Source of the DNA: Sulfolobales archaeon
GTDB taxonomy: Archaea; Thermoproteota; Thermoprotei_A; Sulfolobales; NBVN01
Assembly: GCA_038841535.1 (NCBI GenBank)
Contig: JAWBTQ010000001.1
Location: forward strand, 64,001 to 128,000
Reading direction: 5' to 3'
Length of the DNA stretch: 64,000 nt
A model generated the notes under the pieces. That model was not told the DNA's origin. It ran no database searches and worked only from the letters and a program-made list of their open reading frames with translations. Below are positions 28,497-39,496 of the stretch, piece after piece; position 1 is the stretch's first letter; each line of letters starts with the position of its first letter. The position numbers and the translations under genes were made by a program.

Positions 28497-29651
28497 CTAA
28501 GCCTTTATCTCTCGCCCAAGCAGTGTTTCAAGAAACGCTATTCTCTTCCATATGGGTGGGTGAGTTGATAGAAGTTCCTCTAGCCCGATAAATGGCTCAG
28601 TAAAAGCGTAGATGAATAGAGTCTTAAGCCTACTGTTTGCTACAGTCGACTTGCCAAAGCGCTTATAGAATCCGTCTAGGGACCGCAGAGCCCCGATCAT
28701 GGCGTATGGAGACGTTACTTTAGCTCCATGCGCATCAGCATAGAACTCCCTCAACCTCGATAGAGCTAGCACGGCAAACTGAATTAGTATACTCAGGGCC
28801 ATTATGACTCCCCCTACAGCAACCAATAGAAGCCCCGAGCTACCGTTACGCCTTCTGCTGCCGTCTGCGTACCTACCTGAGTAGAGTCCAATAAAGAGAA
28901 GTAACCTGCCCATGTAGTATATAGCCGTGGGAAGAATCCCGAAGACCATCATTACTGAGTTGTCTCTATGCCTATGGTGGCCAAGCTCGTGGCCTATAAC
29001 AGCCTTTAGCTCCTCATCGCTTCTGAGAGTTCTAAGTAAGCCATCAGTAATAGCAACAAACCTTCCAGCTATAGGGGAAGAATACGCAAATGCGTTTGGC
29101 ACTGTCATGGACGACTTCATCGCCTTAGGAGGTTTCATACCGGCTTTTCTAGCTACCTCATTAACCAGCTTCTGGAGCTCGGGGTCGTACCTGCAGCCGT
29201 AGAATACGTTAACTAGATATGGAGAGAAAAGCCATGTAACCACTGAAGGTACAACCGCAAATAAGAACGCTATTGATGCTAGACTAACCGTCAGCTCCTC
29301 ACCCAAGAGGTAAGACACTAGTCCGATTATTAGAACTACACCACCAATTACAGCAGCCGCCGTAGATATCATTGAAGCTCTTAAAGCATCTATGTCTGCG
29401 GGAACTCTTTTTTCTATAAACCTACCCAGGATTACACCAGAGAGAACTAGTGTCACTATGGCTATGACGTACCCTAAGACGTCTACGAGCCACCACAACC
29501 ACATGAACCTAAAGATACCGATAGGAGCTATGAACCCTGGTGCGAAGTAGTGAAGGAGTAACTGGATGGCGAGTAGTGTCACGACCGCTATAGAGAGCAG
29601 AGATAGAGCCAGTAGGACCTTAGCCTTCACCGAGATCACCACTCCAAACAT
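28497..29651 (-). CDS. htpX: HtpX M48 zinc metalloprotease
   Basis: PNAFAY, HELGH, SRLREFYAD, STHPP. Confidence 0.93.
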   Translation of the reverse strand: MFGVVISVKAKVLLALSLLSIAVVTLLAIQLLLHYFAPGFIAPIGIFRFMWLWWLVDVLGYVIAIVTLVLSGVILGRFIEKRVPADIDALRASMISTAAAVIGGVVLIIGLVSYLLGEELTVSLASIAFLFAVVPSVVTWLFSPYLVNVFYGCRYDPELQKLVNEVARKAGMKPPKAMKSSMTVPNAFAYSSPIAGRFVAITDGLLRTLRSDEELKAVIGHELGHHRHRDNSVMMVFGILPTAIYYMGRLLLFIGLYSGRYADGSRRRNGSSGLLLVAVGGVIMALSILIQFAVLALSRLREFYADAHGAKVTSPYAMIGALRSLDGFYKRFGKSTVANSRLKTLFIYAFTEPFIGLEELLSTHPPIWKRIAFLETLLGREIKA

Positions 29652-30352
29652 CTTCCTTTATTTTCACTTAAAAATCTTCCTTGAGCCCTAACGACACTCT
29701 CAAGCGCTTCCCTGGGAGATGGGGCCGCAACAACCCTACTGCCAACAATTTCCACATCAGCTCCGTAGCATAGAGCCTCACCTGGTTCTGCTCCAGCCGC
29801 GAAAATCCCTGGTGAGAGAATGACGTACCTGTTTCTAAAGGTCTCTCTTAAGTCACGGATAATCGTGGTCTTGCTTGCCGGAACAATCAACCCGTCCGGG
29901 TCTACTTGAGGTATCATCTTCTTGATATCTGGGTACTTACTGTCGATCATAAAGGAAGCCGGGTGGTCGAACGTTATCTGAAGAAGTAGCTCGACCCCTA
30001 CGCTTTCACACTTCCTTGACACTCTATCTAACACTCCTTCATACCCCATGAAGGCGTTAACTACGACCCCGTTAAACCCGGTGTCTCTTACTAGCTCTAC
30101 GGTGTACTCGATTATTTGAGCTATGTCTCCAAGCTTTAAGTCGGCAATGAAGTACGTGCTCGGCGATGAGTCTATGAGGTTCTTAAGAGTCTTCAATCCC
30201 TTACTTAATATAAACGGCGTTCCTATCTTAAAGCCTGCGACGATGTTCTTCGTGCTAGACACGAGTTCTGCTGCAAAGCCTAAGTCTAGTTTAGGGTTGT
30301 CTATGGCTATCATCAACCTACTTTGAGCTCTACTGACGGCTTCTCTTATCAA
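29636..30352 (-). CDS. pyrF: Orotidine 5'-phosphate decarboxylase
   Basis: IAID, GFKIG, DLKLGDI, LSPGI, IVGS. Confidence 0.85.
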   Translation of the reverse strand: MIREAVSRAQSRLMIAIDNPKLDLGFAAELVSSTKNIVAGFKIGTPFILSKGLKTLKNLIDSSPSTYFIADLKLGDIAQIIEYTVELVRDTGFNGVVVNAFMGYEGVLDRVSRKCESVGVELLLQITFDHPASFMIDSKYPDIKKMIPQVDPDGLIVPASKTTIIRDLRETFRNRYVILSPGIFAAGAEPGEALCYGADVEIVGSRVVAAPSPREALESVVRAQGRFLSENKGRCLEW

Positions 30353-30760
30353 TTCTCAGCACCAAACTCTAGATTCGTATACGGCATTAAAACTACTCAG
30401 TATACTTATTTTTAAGTTGCACTAGCATTCGTCCGCAAAGACGTATATTGAGAGATCTTTATCACTAAACTAAAGGCTGCCCTTGGTATTTAATTTTGCC
30501 GGTATAAAGCTTCAGCACTATCTACTTCTCAGCTATCTCCTTAGAGTTGCTCACCGCAATTGCTCTACCGAGCTAGCTTGAGTTCCCGCAACCCTACACT
30601 CCAGCCCACCGAGTTGCGGGAATAGATCGAGTAAGGTATGAATACCTCAAAAGAATGAGACTAACTCGAGAACACCTAGTAAGAAAAACTGAAGATCGTA
30701 AAGATTTTATAAAGTATCCCACTAATCACGAGTCTGGAGTAAGATGTAGGTGGGACTTCC

Positions 30761-32146
30761 TTGTATGACTTAGTGGTGTTGGGTGGTGGTCCGGCAGGCT
30801 ACTTGGCTGCTGCTAGAGCTAGCTCCCAAGGGCTTCGGGTTGCTCTAGTCGAGAAAAGATTACTCGGTGGTGAATGTACAAACTGGGGCTGTATACCTAC
30901 TAAGACTCTAATAGAAGTATCTGAGAGCTATTACAGGATGAAGCTTATGCAGCAAGCAGGTTTTTCTTTTGATGTCAAGTCAATAGCGTGGGATCAGCTC
31001 GCAGATTATATATCTAGAGCGGCTTGGCGATCTCGGGAGGGTATCAAGACACTTCTCAGCGATGTCGAGATAATTGAGGGTTTTGGTAGACTTGCTAGTC
31101 CCAGGAAGGTTAGAGTAGAAGTTGGTGGATCTACTAGAGACCTAGAGTCTAAGTATATTCTAGTAGCTACTGGTTCGGACCCCAAAGACCTTCCATCCGC
31201 CAGAGTAGACGGTGAATACGTAATTACGAATAGAGAGTTCTTCGAGTTAAAGAGGCTCCCGGATTCTATAACCGTGATCGGTGCTGGAGCCATCGGAGTA
31301 GAGATAGCTACGGCGCTAGCTATGTTGGGTAAGGAGGTCTACTTAGTTGAGCTGCTTGAAAGACCTCTCTACTTTACTGACCCGGACGTCTCAGCTGTAG
31401 TCGAGAGGAATCTCAGGAGGCTAGGCATTAAAATGTTTTTTAGAGCTATCACTAAGAGTGTCGACAGAGTGAATGGAGCTACTACTACGACTATTTCTCT
31501 AGGTGACGGGTCGGCGAAGGTCTTGAAGTCCGAGAAGGTGCTGGTGGCCGTAGGGAGAAAACCTAACGTAGAAAACATAGGGCTTGAGGATGTGGGAGTG
31601 GAGTACGATACTAAATCCGGTATAAAGGTAGATGAGAGTATGGTCACAAGCGTGTCAAGCATCCTGGCGGCTGGTGATGTGACTGGACCTCCTCAACTAG
31701 CTCACAAAGCCTTGAGGGAAGCTGTAATTGCTTCAGACTTCATTGTGGGGTACAGGAATTCGTTACCGAGGACTCCAATCCCCCAGGTCGTGTTTTCCCA
31801 TCCACAGGTAGCTCTTGTAGGACTAACAGAGCAGGACGCTGTAGTAGCAGGTGTAAGCTACAAAGTCTTCAAATTCCCCTATGTAGCCCTTGGGAGAAAT
31901 ACTACCGCGCTAGTTAAGAGTAGTGAGGGCTTTGCTAAGGTTCTAGTAGCTAACGATGGTAGAATACTAGGTGCTCAAATAGTGGGCAACGAAGCATCGG
32001 AGCTGATCCACGTCTTCTGCTTAGCTATAGCTAAGAATTTGAGTATTAAGGACGTCGCTGACGTCGTCTATACGCATCCTACGTACTCCGAGGTAATAAG
32101 TGAAGTAGCGAATCTAGCCTTAGGGAGACCGATGCACATAAAGTAA
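30761..32146 (+). CDS. lpdA: Dihydrolipoamide dehydrogenase
   Basis: GGGPAG, GGECTNWGCIP, GAGAIGVE, HPTYSE. Confidence 0.92.
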   Translation: MYDLVVLGGGPAGYLAAARASSQGLRVALVEKRLLGGECTNWGCIPTKTLIEVSESYYRMKLMQQAGFSFDVKSIAWDQLADYISRAAWRSREGIKTLLSDVEIIEGFGRLASPRKVRVEVGGSTRDLESKYILVATGSDPKDLPSARVDGEYVITNREFFELKRLPDSITVIGAGAIGVEIATALAMLGKEVYLVELLERPLYFTDPDVSAVVERNLRRLGIKMFFRAITKSVDRVNGATTTTISLGDGSAKVLKSEKVLVAVGRKPNVENIGLEDVGVEYDTKSGIKVDESMVTSVSSILAAGDVTGPPQLAHKALREAVIASDFIVGYRNSLPRTPIPQVVFSHPQVALVGLTEQDAVVAGVSYKVFKFPYVALGRNTTALVKSSEGFAKVLVANDGRILGAQIVGNEASELIHVFCLAIAKNLSIKDVADVVYTHPTYSEVISEVANLALGRPMHIK

Positions 32147-32154
32147 TCGTTCTT

Positions 32155-33003
32155 CTATTTCCTATGGAACATCTCTAACTTCTTTACACTCTCAGCAGGT
32201 GGTTCCGCTAGAGAAGCTGCGCACTTTACCCCTAGCTGTGCGCATACCTCCATAAAGGCTTTGACTACGGATGACCACCAAGTCCTGCTCCTCGCAAGAG
32301 ACTCTATCTTCTCGATGTCTTTAACAACTGAGCTGAGAGAGCTGCGCACTCTCGGGGTGACCCTCAGTTTGTCTATGAGAACTGTGCTCGCGCACCCATG
32401 AACAGCCTCAAGAACTTTAGTAAATGAGTTTTTGTCATCGTTTAAACCTGGGATCACAGGTCCGTAGAAAAGCCACGTTCTTAATCCCTCTCCTGATACC
32501 TGAGTTAAAGCTTTAGCTCTCTGCGCAGGTATAGGGGCACCTGGCTCTAATAGAGAAGCTACTCCAGGGTCTAGAGTTATAATCGTGAAGCCGACGTCTA
32601 CCATCCCCCTAAAGCTCTTAAGGATATCGAGATCTCTTAAGACTAGGGGAGACTTCGTCTGAACACTTACCTTAAAGCCTCGCCTTAGTAGTACCTCTAT
32701 GGACCTACGCGTTAGTTTCTCGACTGACTCTACTGGTTGGTATGGGTCTGTAATAGTTGAGATACCTACGGTACCCGGCTTAAGCTTCCTGGTCTCCCTC
32801 TTCAATATACTAAGGAGATCCTCCTTAACGTATACGAGAGACCCCCATTTTTCAACAACTTCTGCCTGCCTAGTGTAGTCTCTCGCGTAACAGTACAGGC
32901 AACCGTGTAAGCAGCCGATGTATGGATTGAGCGAGTAGTCTAGGTCTGGTAGCCCGGACCTAGATAGAGCCGTCCTAACCCTAATCCTAGGGCACTTAGT
33001 CAA
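32155..33003 (-). CDS. SPL-like radical SAM protein
   Basis: NPYIGCLHGCLYCYA, TDPYQPVE, QTKS..RDLD. Confidence 0.92.
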   Translation of the reverse strand: MTKCPRIRVRTALSRSGLPDLDYSLNPYIGCLHGCLYCYARDYTRQAEVVEKWGSLVYVKEDLLSILKRETRKLKPGTVGISTITDPYQPVESVEKLTRRSIEVLLRRGFKVSVQTKSPLVLRDLDILKSFRGMVDVGFTIITLDPGVASLLEPGAPIPAQRAKALTQVSGEGLRTWLFYGPVIPGLNDDKNSFTKVLEAVHGCASTVLIDKLRVTPRVRSSLSSVVKDIEKIESLARSRTWWSSVVKAFMEVCAQLGVKCAASLAEPPAESVKKLEMFHRK

Positions 33004-34219
33004 AGAGCCTCCTACCTCTAGTTAGAAGACTCAGTATCCTCGATCGAGCCACTATGTTCTCTACCGGAACCCTAGTCAGACCTCTAATATCTTCAAGAAG
33101 TTCACTCAAGGTTTTGTAGCTCTTGTATTGAGAGCTAAATAGGGCTCTAACCATCTCCCTAACGAACCACACGCCTACTGGAACGTTGAAGCTCGGATAG
33201 ATCTCTCTATAGAGTACTGCTCCAGCTTGCCGCCCCAGCCTATTTAAGTACTCAACTACGGCCAGCCTTGAAGCATAGTAGCACCCTCCTATCGAAGGGT
33301 ACTCTCTTCTCCTACTCGTAACCTCCCAGTCTCCCTCTAGTACAACATCACCACCGAAGAGGTTCCAGGTCGACCCTGGAAACCAAGCCTCTATCCACTC
33401 GAACATCCATCGAGTAGGCAGTAGGATTGCTATGAATAGATTACCGCTACTCGATAGACAATACAACCTGAACTCGTTTATTGTCGGCTTATCAACTAAT
33501 CTCCTTATTAAAGCCTCGGATATAGTTGAGTCAACAGCCGTTATAGCCCACCTAGTAGGTACGAGCTTTCTCCTGCTTTCTCTACCTAGAGACCCTACGG
33601 ATAGTACCCTCATTATCGTGGATACCGGTACAGATGACCTATATAGGTAGAGAATAGCGTTTCTAGCATCTAACTCCCCGTCTCCGTAAACCTTCTCAAC
33701 GTGCTTGTCCACATATGGGTTTGAGCCAAGGTCTATCTTCTTTACTGGCGCTAGGGGACCCATTGGTGGTATGTGCTCATCTAGTAAGACCTTCGGCCTA
33801 ACACTTTTCTCGAAGTAGACTTCGACATCGACAGGTTTAGAGGACAGAGCAATCTCTCTTATCTTATCCGCAAAACTACTACTTACTTCATATACCCTGA
33901 GTGTTCTCCCTCCACGTATGAGAGTCAACCTAAACCTTAATATTTCGTCTAGCGGTAGCTCTAACCATTTCTCTGGTTGGTCGTATACCGAAGTATCCCC
34001 AACCTCTGGTGGGAGTCCTGCCGCCACAGTAACGCGAGGATAGCCTACCCAACCCACATAAACAGACGGAGGCGATGTACTTGTGAGTTCTCGAGAAACC
34101 TGTTTTAAGGTATATAGAGAAGATGTCCTAATAAGGACTGGACAATACTCTAAGCCGCACAGCCTTCTCGACCCACCGCGGCATAGAACGCATAGCCTGC
34201 TATCTATCAACTTCCTCAC
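32996..34219 (-). CDS. nreA: Nre DNA repair protein (PCNA-interacting)
   Basis: N-terminal CVLCRG..LCG..CP, SPPSVYVG, LVPTRWAITAVD, GGCYYASRL. Start trimmed to the GTG at 34219. Confidence 0.92.
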   Translation of the reverse strand: MRKLIDSRLCVLCRGGSRRLCGLEYCPVLIRTSSLYTLKQVSRELTSTSPPSVYVGWVGYPRVTVAAGLPPEVGDTSVYDQPEKWLELPLDEILRFRLTLIRGGRTLRVYEVSSSFADKIREIALSSKPVDVEVYFEKSVRPKVLLDEHIPPMGPLAPVKKIDLGSNPYVDKHVEKVYGDGELDARNAILYLYRSSVPVSTIMRVLSVGSLGRESRRKLVPTRWAITAVDSTISEALIRRLVDKPTINEFRLYCLSSSGNLFIAILLPTRWMFEWIEAWFPGSTWNLFGGDVVLEGDWEVTSRRREYPSIGGCYYASRLAVVEYLNRLGRQAGAVLYREIYPSFNVPVGVWFVREMVRALFSSQYKSYKTLSELLEDIRGLTRVPVENIVARSRILSLLTRGRRLFD

Positions 34220-34580
34220 GCGTATTGAGCTACTGCGGCTAATATTATCGCTACAACGGGACTTAGTTTGGTTGATATTCATGGTTGTTTTTAAGTCTGA
34301 GATACGGGGTCCTGACTTCACCAAACGAGCCTTAACTAAGTTAAACACTCTCTAGGCAACCGCCGCGCCGCAGATAAAGGCATCCAAAGATCTATTACTA
34401 ACGCTGTAGGCTTGTCTACGTGTCTATGGAGTCCAGTCGCACCTACAAGCATCTAAAAACCATTATAGACTGTAGACCCCGCAGCAGATTCTGCTTGCTG
34501 GAAGATAGATCCTCAGTAAGTAGTAATGTGTAGCGCTGTTTTTCTAAGACGCTGCTGTAAGCTAAGTAGCGGGCTGTCTG

Positions 34581-35048
34581 TTGGTAGTGCCTCCACAGTT
34601 ACTCTTAGGGCTAGGGTTTTCACCGGAACAGCTCGATTGCGCTGGTGTCAAGCTGACTCTATGTGAAGTCTACAACTTTGGCGATAGTGGTGAGGTTCTC
34701 CCGGAGAGTAAGAGAATTCCATTGTACCTAGAGTTAAAGCCAAATGATAGTGGGATGTTTATTTTAGAGAAAGGTGCGTACCTAGTTCGGTACTGTGAGT
34801 ACGTTAAAGTACCTGAGGACTCTATGGCTTTAGCATTCCCGCGCTCCTCTCTGCTGAGGTCGGGAGTGACTCTCTTTACTGCTGTATGGGATCCGGGTTA
34901 CGAGGGGAGGGGGTACGGACTGATGCTCGTTCTAAACAAGCACGGGATAAAAATAGGTGTTAGAGCTCAAGTAGCTCAACTAGTGTACGTAAAGCTTAGT
35001 GAAAAGTCGGCAATCCCGTATAGAGGAGCTTACCACCTTGAGAGGTAG
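34581..35048 (+). CDS. dut: dUTPase / dCTP deaminase family
   Basis: PRSSLLR, AVWDPGYEG, AQLVY, YRGAY. Confidence 0.88.
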   Translation: MVVPPQLLLGLGFSPEQLDCAGVKLTLCEVYNFGDSGEVLPESKRIPLYLELKPNDSGMFILEKGAYLVRYCEYVKVPEDSMALAFPRSSLLRSGVTLFTAVWDPGYEGRGYGLMLVLNKHGIKIGVRAQVAQLVYVKLSEKSAIPYRGAYHLER

Positions 35049-35052
35049 TTAC

Positions 35053-36432
35053 TCATGAGTGCTTACACTGATTGACTAGTTTGACTACTTTGTCTAGAAC
35101 ATCGCTTGGGGTCTTCCCTAATACTCTAATCATAGGCTCTTTACCGATATCACCCATGTCTGCTAGAATGTCTGGTACTCTACCTACTTGCTCAATAGCT
35201 TTTCTTAGCATCCAGGGGAGCGATGCTCCCTCTATTCTTCTTGTTTCCTCGGGTTCTTCTCTTCTATCGATTGTTGCTACAGACATTCCTAGCTTTCTAG
35301 CTGCCTCAACTAGTTCACTACTGTACATTATGTTCATGGCCGACCTAATGCTGGAGTCGTACTTCATAGCCTCGAGTACGAGTCTTGCGACATGAGATGA
35401 CGCCCCAGGCTGCGGATAAGCATAGACCCTAACCCTGCCTGCGTATTTAACGATCCTACCTGGAACCCCGACGACATCTGCTGTACTAAGAGCTAGGTGT
35501 CTAGGTACCGAGTAGACAAGGTTTGATTGAACTTCCGGGATTACCTGTGCTAGTTCTCTATTTAGAGGTTCTGAGGATATTCTATCTAGGACTTCTGTAA
35601 GAACTCTCTCCGCTCTAAACAGCTCCGCATCCAGCTCAATAAAAGCCGTTGGGTTGACTGGGCAAGACCCCTTACCGACTCTGTAAGAGCGGGAGATAGC
35701 TGTGAGAATGAAGTTCTTAGCTTCAACTATGGAATCCAGCACTGGAAGACCTTTAGCTAGATTGGCTGCTATAGCCGCTGAAAAAGAGCAGCCTGTCCCG
35801 TGAGTGCAGCCATCGACTCTAGCCGATTCAATGCGCTTGAGGACGCCTCCTATATAGGCTACATCAACGGCGTTAGATTCCTGCTGAAGGTGTCCGCCCT
35901 TAACGACTACTGCTTCTATACCTAGTTCGCGTGCTATGATTCTAGCAGCTTCCTCGGCATCATCTGGCTTCTCGATCTTGACACCTGAGAGAATTTCTGC
36001 TTCGAACTTATTGGGTGTAACTACCTTAGCTAGAGGAAGTAACTCTCTCTTGAGGGTCTCTATAGCTTCATCAGCTAGAAGCTTGGCTCCACTTTTCGCA
36101 ACCATAACGGGATCAACTACAAGCGGGAAGCCGTAGCTCTTAACCGACTTTGCTACAGCTCTAACTATCGATGAAGAACTAAGCATACCTGTTTTAGCTG
36201 CGTCAATACCCATATCCTCCCACACAGCTTTAACCTGTAACTCCACGAACTCCGCAGGAACCTCGTAGGTCCCTATGACTGAGTAAGTATTTTGAGCCGT
36301 TAAAGCTGTTACAGCAAGTGTTCCGTGAACTCCAAGAGCAGCAAAAGTCTTTAAATCGGCAGCAACGCCTGCTCCACCGCCGGAGTCAACACCGGCTATG
36401 GTCATAGCAACTGGGACTTCCCACTTCCTCAT
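35053..36432 (-). CDS. thiDN: Bifunctional HMP/HMP-P kinase and ThiN thiamine-phosphate synthase
   Basis: AGVDSGGGAG..D, DPVMVAKSG, THGTGC; C-terminal ThiN (PEVQSN, GASSHVAR, GKEPMIR). Confidence 0.95.
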   Translation of the reverse strand: MRKWEVPVAMTIAGVDSGGGAGVAADLKTFAALGVHGTLAVTALTAQNTYSVIGTYEVPAEFVELQVKAVWEDMGIDAAKTGMLSSSSIVRAVAKSVKSYGFPLVVDPVMVAKSGAKLLADEAIETLKRELLPLAKVVTPNKFEAEILSGVKIEKPDDAEEAARIIARELGIEAVVVKGGHLQQESNAVDVAYIGGVLKRIESARVDGCTHGTGCSFSAAIAANLAKGLPVLDSIVEAKNFILTAISRSYRVGKGSCPVNPTAFIELDAELFRAERVLTEVLDRISSEPLNRELAQVIPEVQSNLVYSVPRHLALSTADVVGVPGRIVKYAGRVRVYAYPQPGASSHVARLVLEAMKYDSSIRSAMNIMYSSELVEAARKLGMSVATIDRREEPEETRRIEGASLPWMLRKAIEQVGRVPDILADMGDIGKEPMIRVLGKTPSDVLDKVVKLVNQCKHS

Positions 36433-36559
36433 TTTGCTCCCTACACTAAGGCTATCTAAACATTAATAACGCCTACTGAGGGCTCTCTGCCGATCGTGGA
36501 CTCTGTGGTTCTTATTAACCTTGTTTTAAAATAAAGCTGTGACGTGCGGTGCTAGAGCT

Positions 36560-39496
36560 ATGAGTACCGTAGACGAGTTCATAGCGTTCTTGAGGAACTT
36601 GGCGGAGAAATGGTCACGTCTCTATTACGAGAGCAGGGTGTTCGAAGCCGACCCGTCCGATGGGGTTCCAAAGTACTTTCTGACAGCAGCATACATGTAT
36701 CCAAACGCACCTATTCACGCAGGTCACGGTAGGACGTATTTAGTGGCCGACGTACTAGCTAGATACAAGAGACTCCTCGGTTACAACGTTCTCTTTCCGA
36801 TGGGTTTTCATTATACGGGGACTCCCGTACTAGTGAGGGTAGAAGCGATTCTAGATAACAACACTAAAGAAATAGAGGCTATGTCGAGGTCTTTCAACGT
36901 AGATGTCGAGACTTTAAAGAAGCTGAGAGACCCGGTTAGCTTTGCTAGATACTTTCACGAGCTCTCTAAGGATGTAATGAAGAGGTATGGACTCAGCATA
37001 GACTGGAGGAGAGAGTTTACTACGATAGACCCAGACTACAAGGCTTTCATACGTTGGCAGTTTAATAAACTTCTCAAGCTAGGCCTACTAGTAAAGGGTA
37101 CTTACCCGGTAGGATGGTGTCCAAAGCATGGTATGCCTGTAAGCATGCACGACACTGAGGGAGATGTTGAGCCGGAAGTCGGGGATCTAACCATAATAAA
37201 GTTTGTGGACGAGCAAGGTATAGTGTTTCCAGCTGCTACATTAAGGCCCGAGACAGTTCTAGGTGTTACGAACGTTTGGGTGCACCCTAAGGCTAAGTAC
37301 TGCATATCTAGAGTAGAGAATGAGAGTTGGGTTATTTCCTGCGAAGCTGTTGGTAAGCTAAGGCACCAGCTAAAGAAAGTCGATGTCTTAGAGGAAGTAA
37401 CTGGTTCTGCCTTCATAGGTAAAGAGCTGCTGAATCCAGTCACAGGTGAAAGGGTTAAAATACTTCCAGCAACATTTGTTAACTCTAGGTTCGCTACTGG
37501 CATCGTAATGTCGGTTCCAGCTCATGCGCCATACGACTATGTAGCCCTTCGCGACTTTGTGGAGAAGGACCTCGGGGGTGTTTGGACGAGGGACCTCACT
37601 CCTCGTCCACTAATTAAGGTGTCAGGATATGGCAATCTACCTGCTAAAGACGTAGTAGAGGAGTTCAAGATCTCTAGTCAGAGTGACGTGAGCCGCCTAG
37701 AGGAGGCTACGAAAAGAGTGTATAGAGATGAGTTTGATAGAGGAGTTGTTAGGCAAGACGTCGTCTCCTACGTAGTTAGTGGGAACTCTAGAGTACTCGA
37801 GTACCTAGAGAAATACGTAGCCGGGAGGACTGTTCGAGAAGCAAGAGAGAACATCAAGACCCTACTGAAGAGTATCGGAGCTATGGACTCTATGTATGAG
37901 ATAATTAATGCGCCAGTCCGCTGCCGCTGTGGTACGGAGGTTATTGTAAAGGTTTTAGAGAATCAGTGGTTTATTGACTATGGAAACGAGAACTGGAAGG
38001 ACCTAGCTAGAAAAGCTCTTGCCGATATGAGAATAGTCCCTGAGGAAGCGAGGAAGGGCATTGAAGCTACTATAAGCTGGTTAAGGGAGAGGGCTTGTGC
38101 TAGGACTAGAGGTATGGGTACGGAACTGCCATGGGAGCCTGGATGGGTTATTGAAGCCTTAAGTGACTCGACGATATACATGGCTTTCTATACGGTAGTC
38201 CACAGAATTAGGAGCCTAGGTGTGCGAGTCGATAGGCTGGACGAGCACTTCTGGGACTACGTATTCTTGGGTATAGGGAGTGCCGAAGAGGTAGCATCTA
38301 AAGCAGGTATTACTGTAGAGGACCTGGTCTCAATTAGGAGAGAGTTCCTCTACTGGTACCCGCTAGACTCTAGGCATAGCGGTAAAGATTTGATACCTAA
38401 CCACCTGACTTTCTTCATATTCAATCACGTAGCACTATTTCCTAGAGAGCTTTGGCCGAAGCAAATAGTGGCAAACGGCTGGGTTCTCATTGAAGGAGCG
38501 CGGATGTCTAAGTCTAAGGGTAACGTTAAGTTATTGGGTAACCTCATAGACACTTATTCGCCGGACGCACTGCGCTTGGGGCTGGCTCTGAGTGCCGAAG
38601 TGGACCAAGATCTCGACTTAAACGAGGACACCATACTCACCGCAGTAAAACAGCTCATGAAGATCTACAACGCTGTCCACGAAATACTTAGTAAAGCAAC
38701 TAGTGAAGACGGTAGGTCACCAGATGAGTGGTTGAGGAAGGTCCTCTCTCACCATGTAGCTGGCTATATAAGCGAACTCGAGAGCGTAAAGCTGAGGGCA
38801 GCAACTATTAGAGTGTACACTAAGATGCTGGAGGACTTAGAGACTTACGTAAAGTGGGCTGGTACTCCAGGGAAGGCCTCTAGAGAGTATCTGATTACTT
38901 GGGTGAAGCTTATGTCCCCGATCACTCCTTTTATAGCTGAAGAGCTCTGGAGTGTGCTAGGCGGTCAGGGATGCGTGGCTAGAGCTGTAATAGATAGGGA
39001 GCTAGCTTTCGGGGACCTCCTCTTCGAGGTCGAGCAAAGATATGTTGACTTAGTTACTGAGGACATAAGATCTGTTCTCGAAGTAGTTAGTGGAGATACC
39101 GTAGTCGTTTACACTCTAGATAAAGAGCTTACGTGGGTCGCAAAGAAGGTAGCTGAAGAAATGCTTAGTGGAACTGAAATGAGTGACATTATTAGGAGGC
39201 TCTCACGTGAGCTAGCCGAGTCGGGTATTAAGCAACCAGATAGAGTGATCAAATCAGTGTACGAGGCAGTAAGTTACTTAGGGCCCGAGAAGCTGATTAA
39301 GTACCTAGAAGCAGCTAAAGAATTCGACGAGTTCAGCGTGTTATCTAAGTATCGAGGACTTATAGTTACCAAACTCGGTCTTAAAGACCTAGTTGTCTAT
39401 AGAGCAAGCGATCCTAAGGTACCTGACCTAGGTGGGAGAAAAGGTAGAGCACTTCCACTTAAACCCGGGATCTACGTTACGTCGAGTACTAGCTGA
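36560..39496 (+). CDS. leuS: Leucyl-tRNA synthetase (archaeal type)
   Basis: HAGH, CP1 editing ATLRPET and GIVMSVPAHAPYD, SGKDLIPNHL, RMSKS. Confidence 0.95.
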   Translation: MSTVDEFIAFLRNLAEKWSRLYYESRVFEADPSDGVPKYFLTAAYMYPNAPIHAGHGRTYLVADVLARYKRLLGYNVLFPMGFHYTGTPVLVRVEAILDNNTKEIEAMSRSFNVDVETLKKLRDPVSFARYFHELSKDVMKRYGLSIDWRREFTTIDPDYKAFIRWQFNKLLKLGLLVKGTYPVGWCPKHGMPVSMHDTEGDVEPEVGDLTIIKFVDEQGIVFPAATLRPETVLGVTNVWVHPKAKYCISRVENESWVISCEAVGKLRHQLKKVDVLEEVTGSAFIGKELLNPVTGERVKILPATFVNSRFATGIVMSVPAHAPYDYVALRDFVEKDLGGVWTRDLTPRPLIKVSGYGNLPAKDVVEEFKISSQSDVSRLEEATKRVYRDEFDRGVVRQDVVSYVVSGNSRVLEYLEKYVAGRTVREARENIKTLLKSIGAMDSMYEIINAPVRCRCGTEVIVKVLENQWFIDYGNENWKDLARKALADMRIVPEEARKGIEATISWLRERACARTRGMGTELPWEPGWVIEALSDSTIYMAFYTVVHRIRSLGVRVDRLDEHFWDYVFLGIGSAEEVASKAGITVEDLVSIRREFLYWYPLDSRHSGKDLIPNHLTFFIFNHVALFPRELWPKQIVANGWVLIEGARMSKSKGNVKLLGNLIDTYSPDALRLGLALSAEVDQDLDLNEDTILTAVKQLMKIYNAVHEILSKATSEDGRSPDEWLRKVLSHHVAGYISELESVKLRAATIRVYTKMLEDLETYVKWAGTPGKASREYLITWVKLMSPITPFIAEELWSVLGGQGCVARAVIDRELAFGDLLFEVEQRYVDLVTEDIRSVLEVVSGDTVVVYTLDKELTWVAKKVAEEMLSGTEMSDIIRRLSRELAESGIKQPDRVIKSVYEAVSYLGPEKLIKYLEAAKEFDEFSVLSKYRGLIVTKLGLKDLVVYRASDPKVPDLGGRKGRALPLKPGIYVTSSTS

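Noticed and set aside
30583-30622. 10-bp inverted repeat TTCCCGCAAC/GTTGCGGGAA
   Set aside because: Single copy with no other supporting motif, so no function can be assigned.
30761-32146. Stand-alone lpdA as partner of the lipoyl-like protein at 2685-3818
   Set aside because: That protein lacks a clear lipoyl-Lys motif, and isolated lpdA genes are common in archaea.
36560-39496. HAGH/RMSKS variants suggesting a non-canonical LeuRS paralogue
   Set aside because: The substitutions are conservative and the editing motifs are intact; cannot be judged without the rest of the genome.
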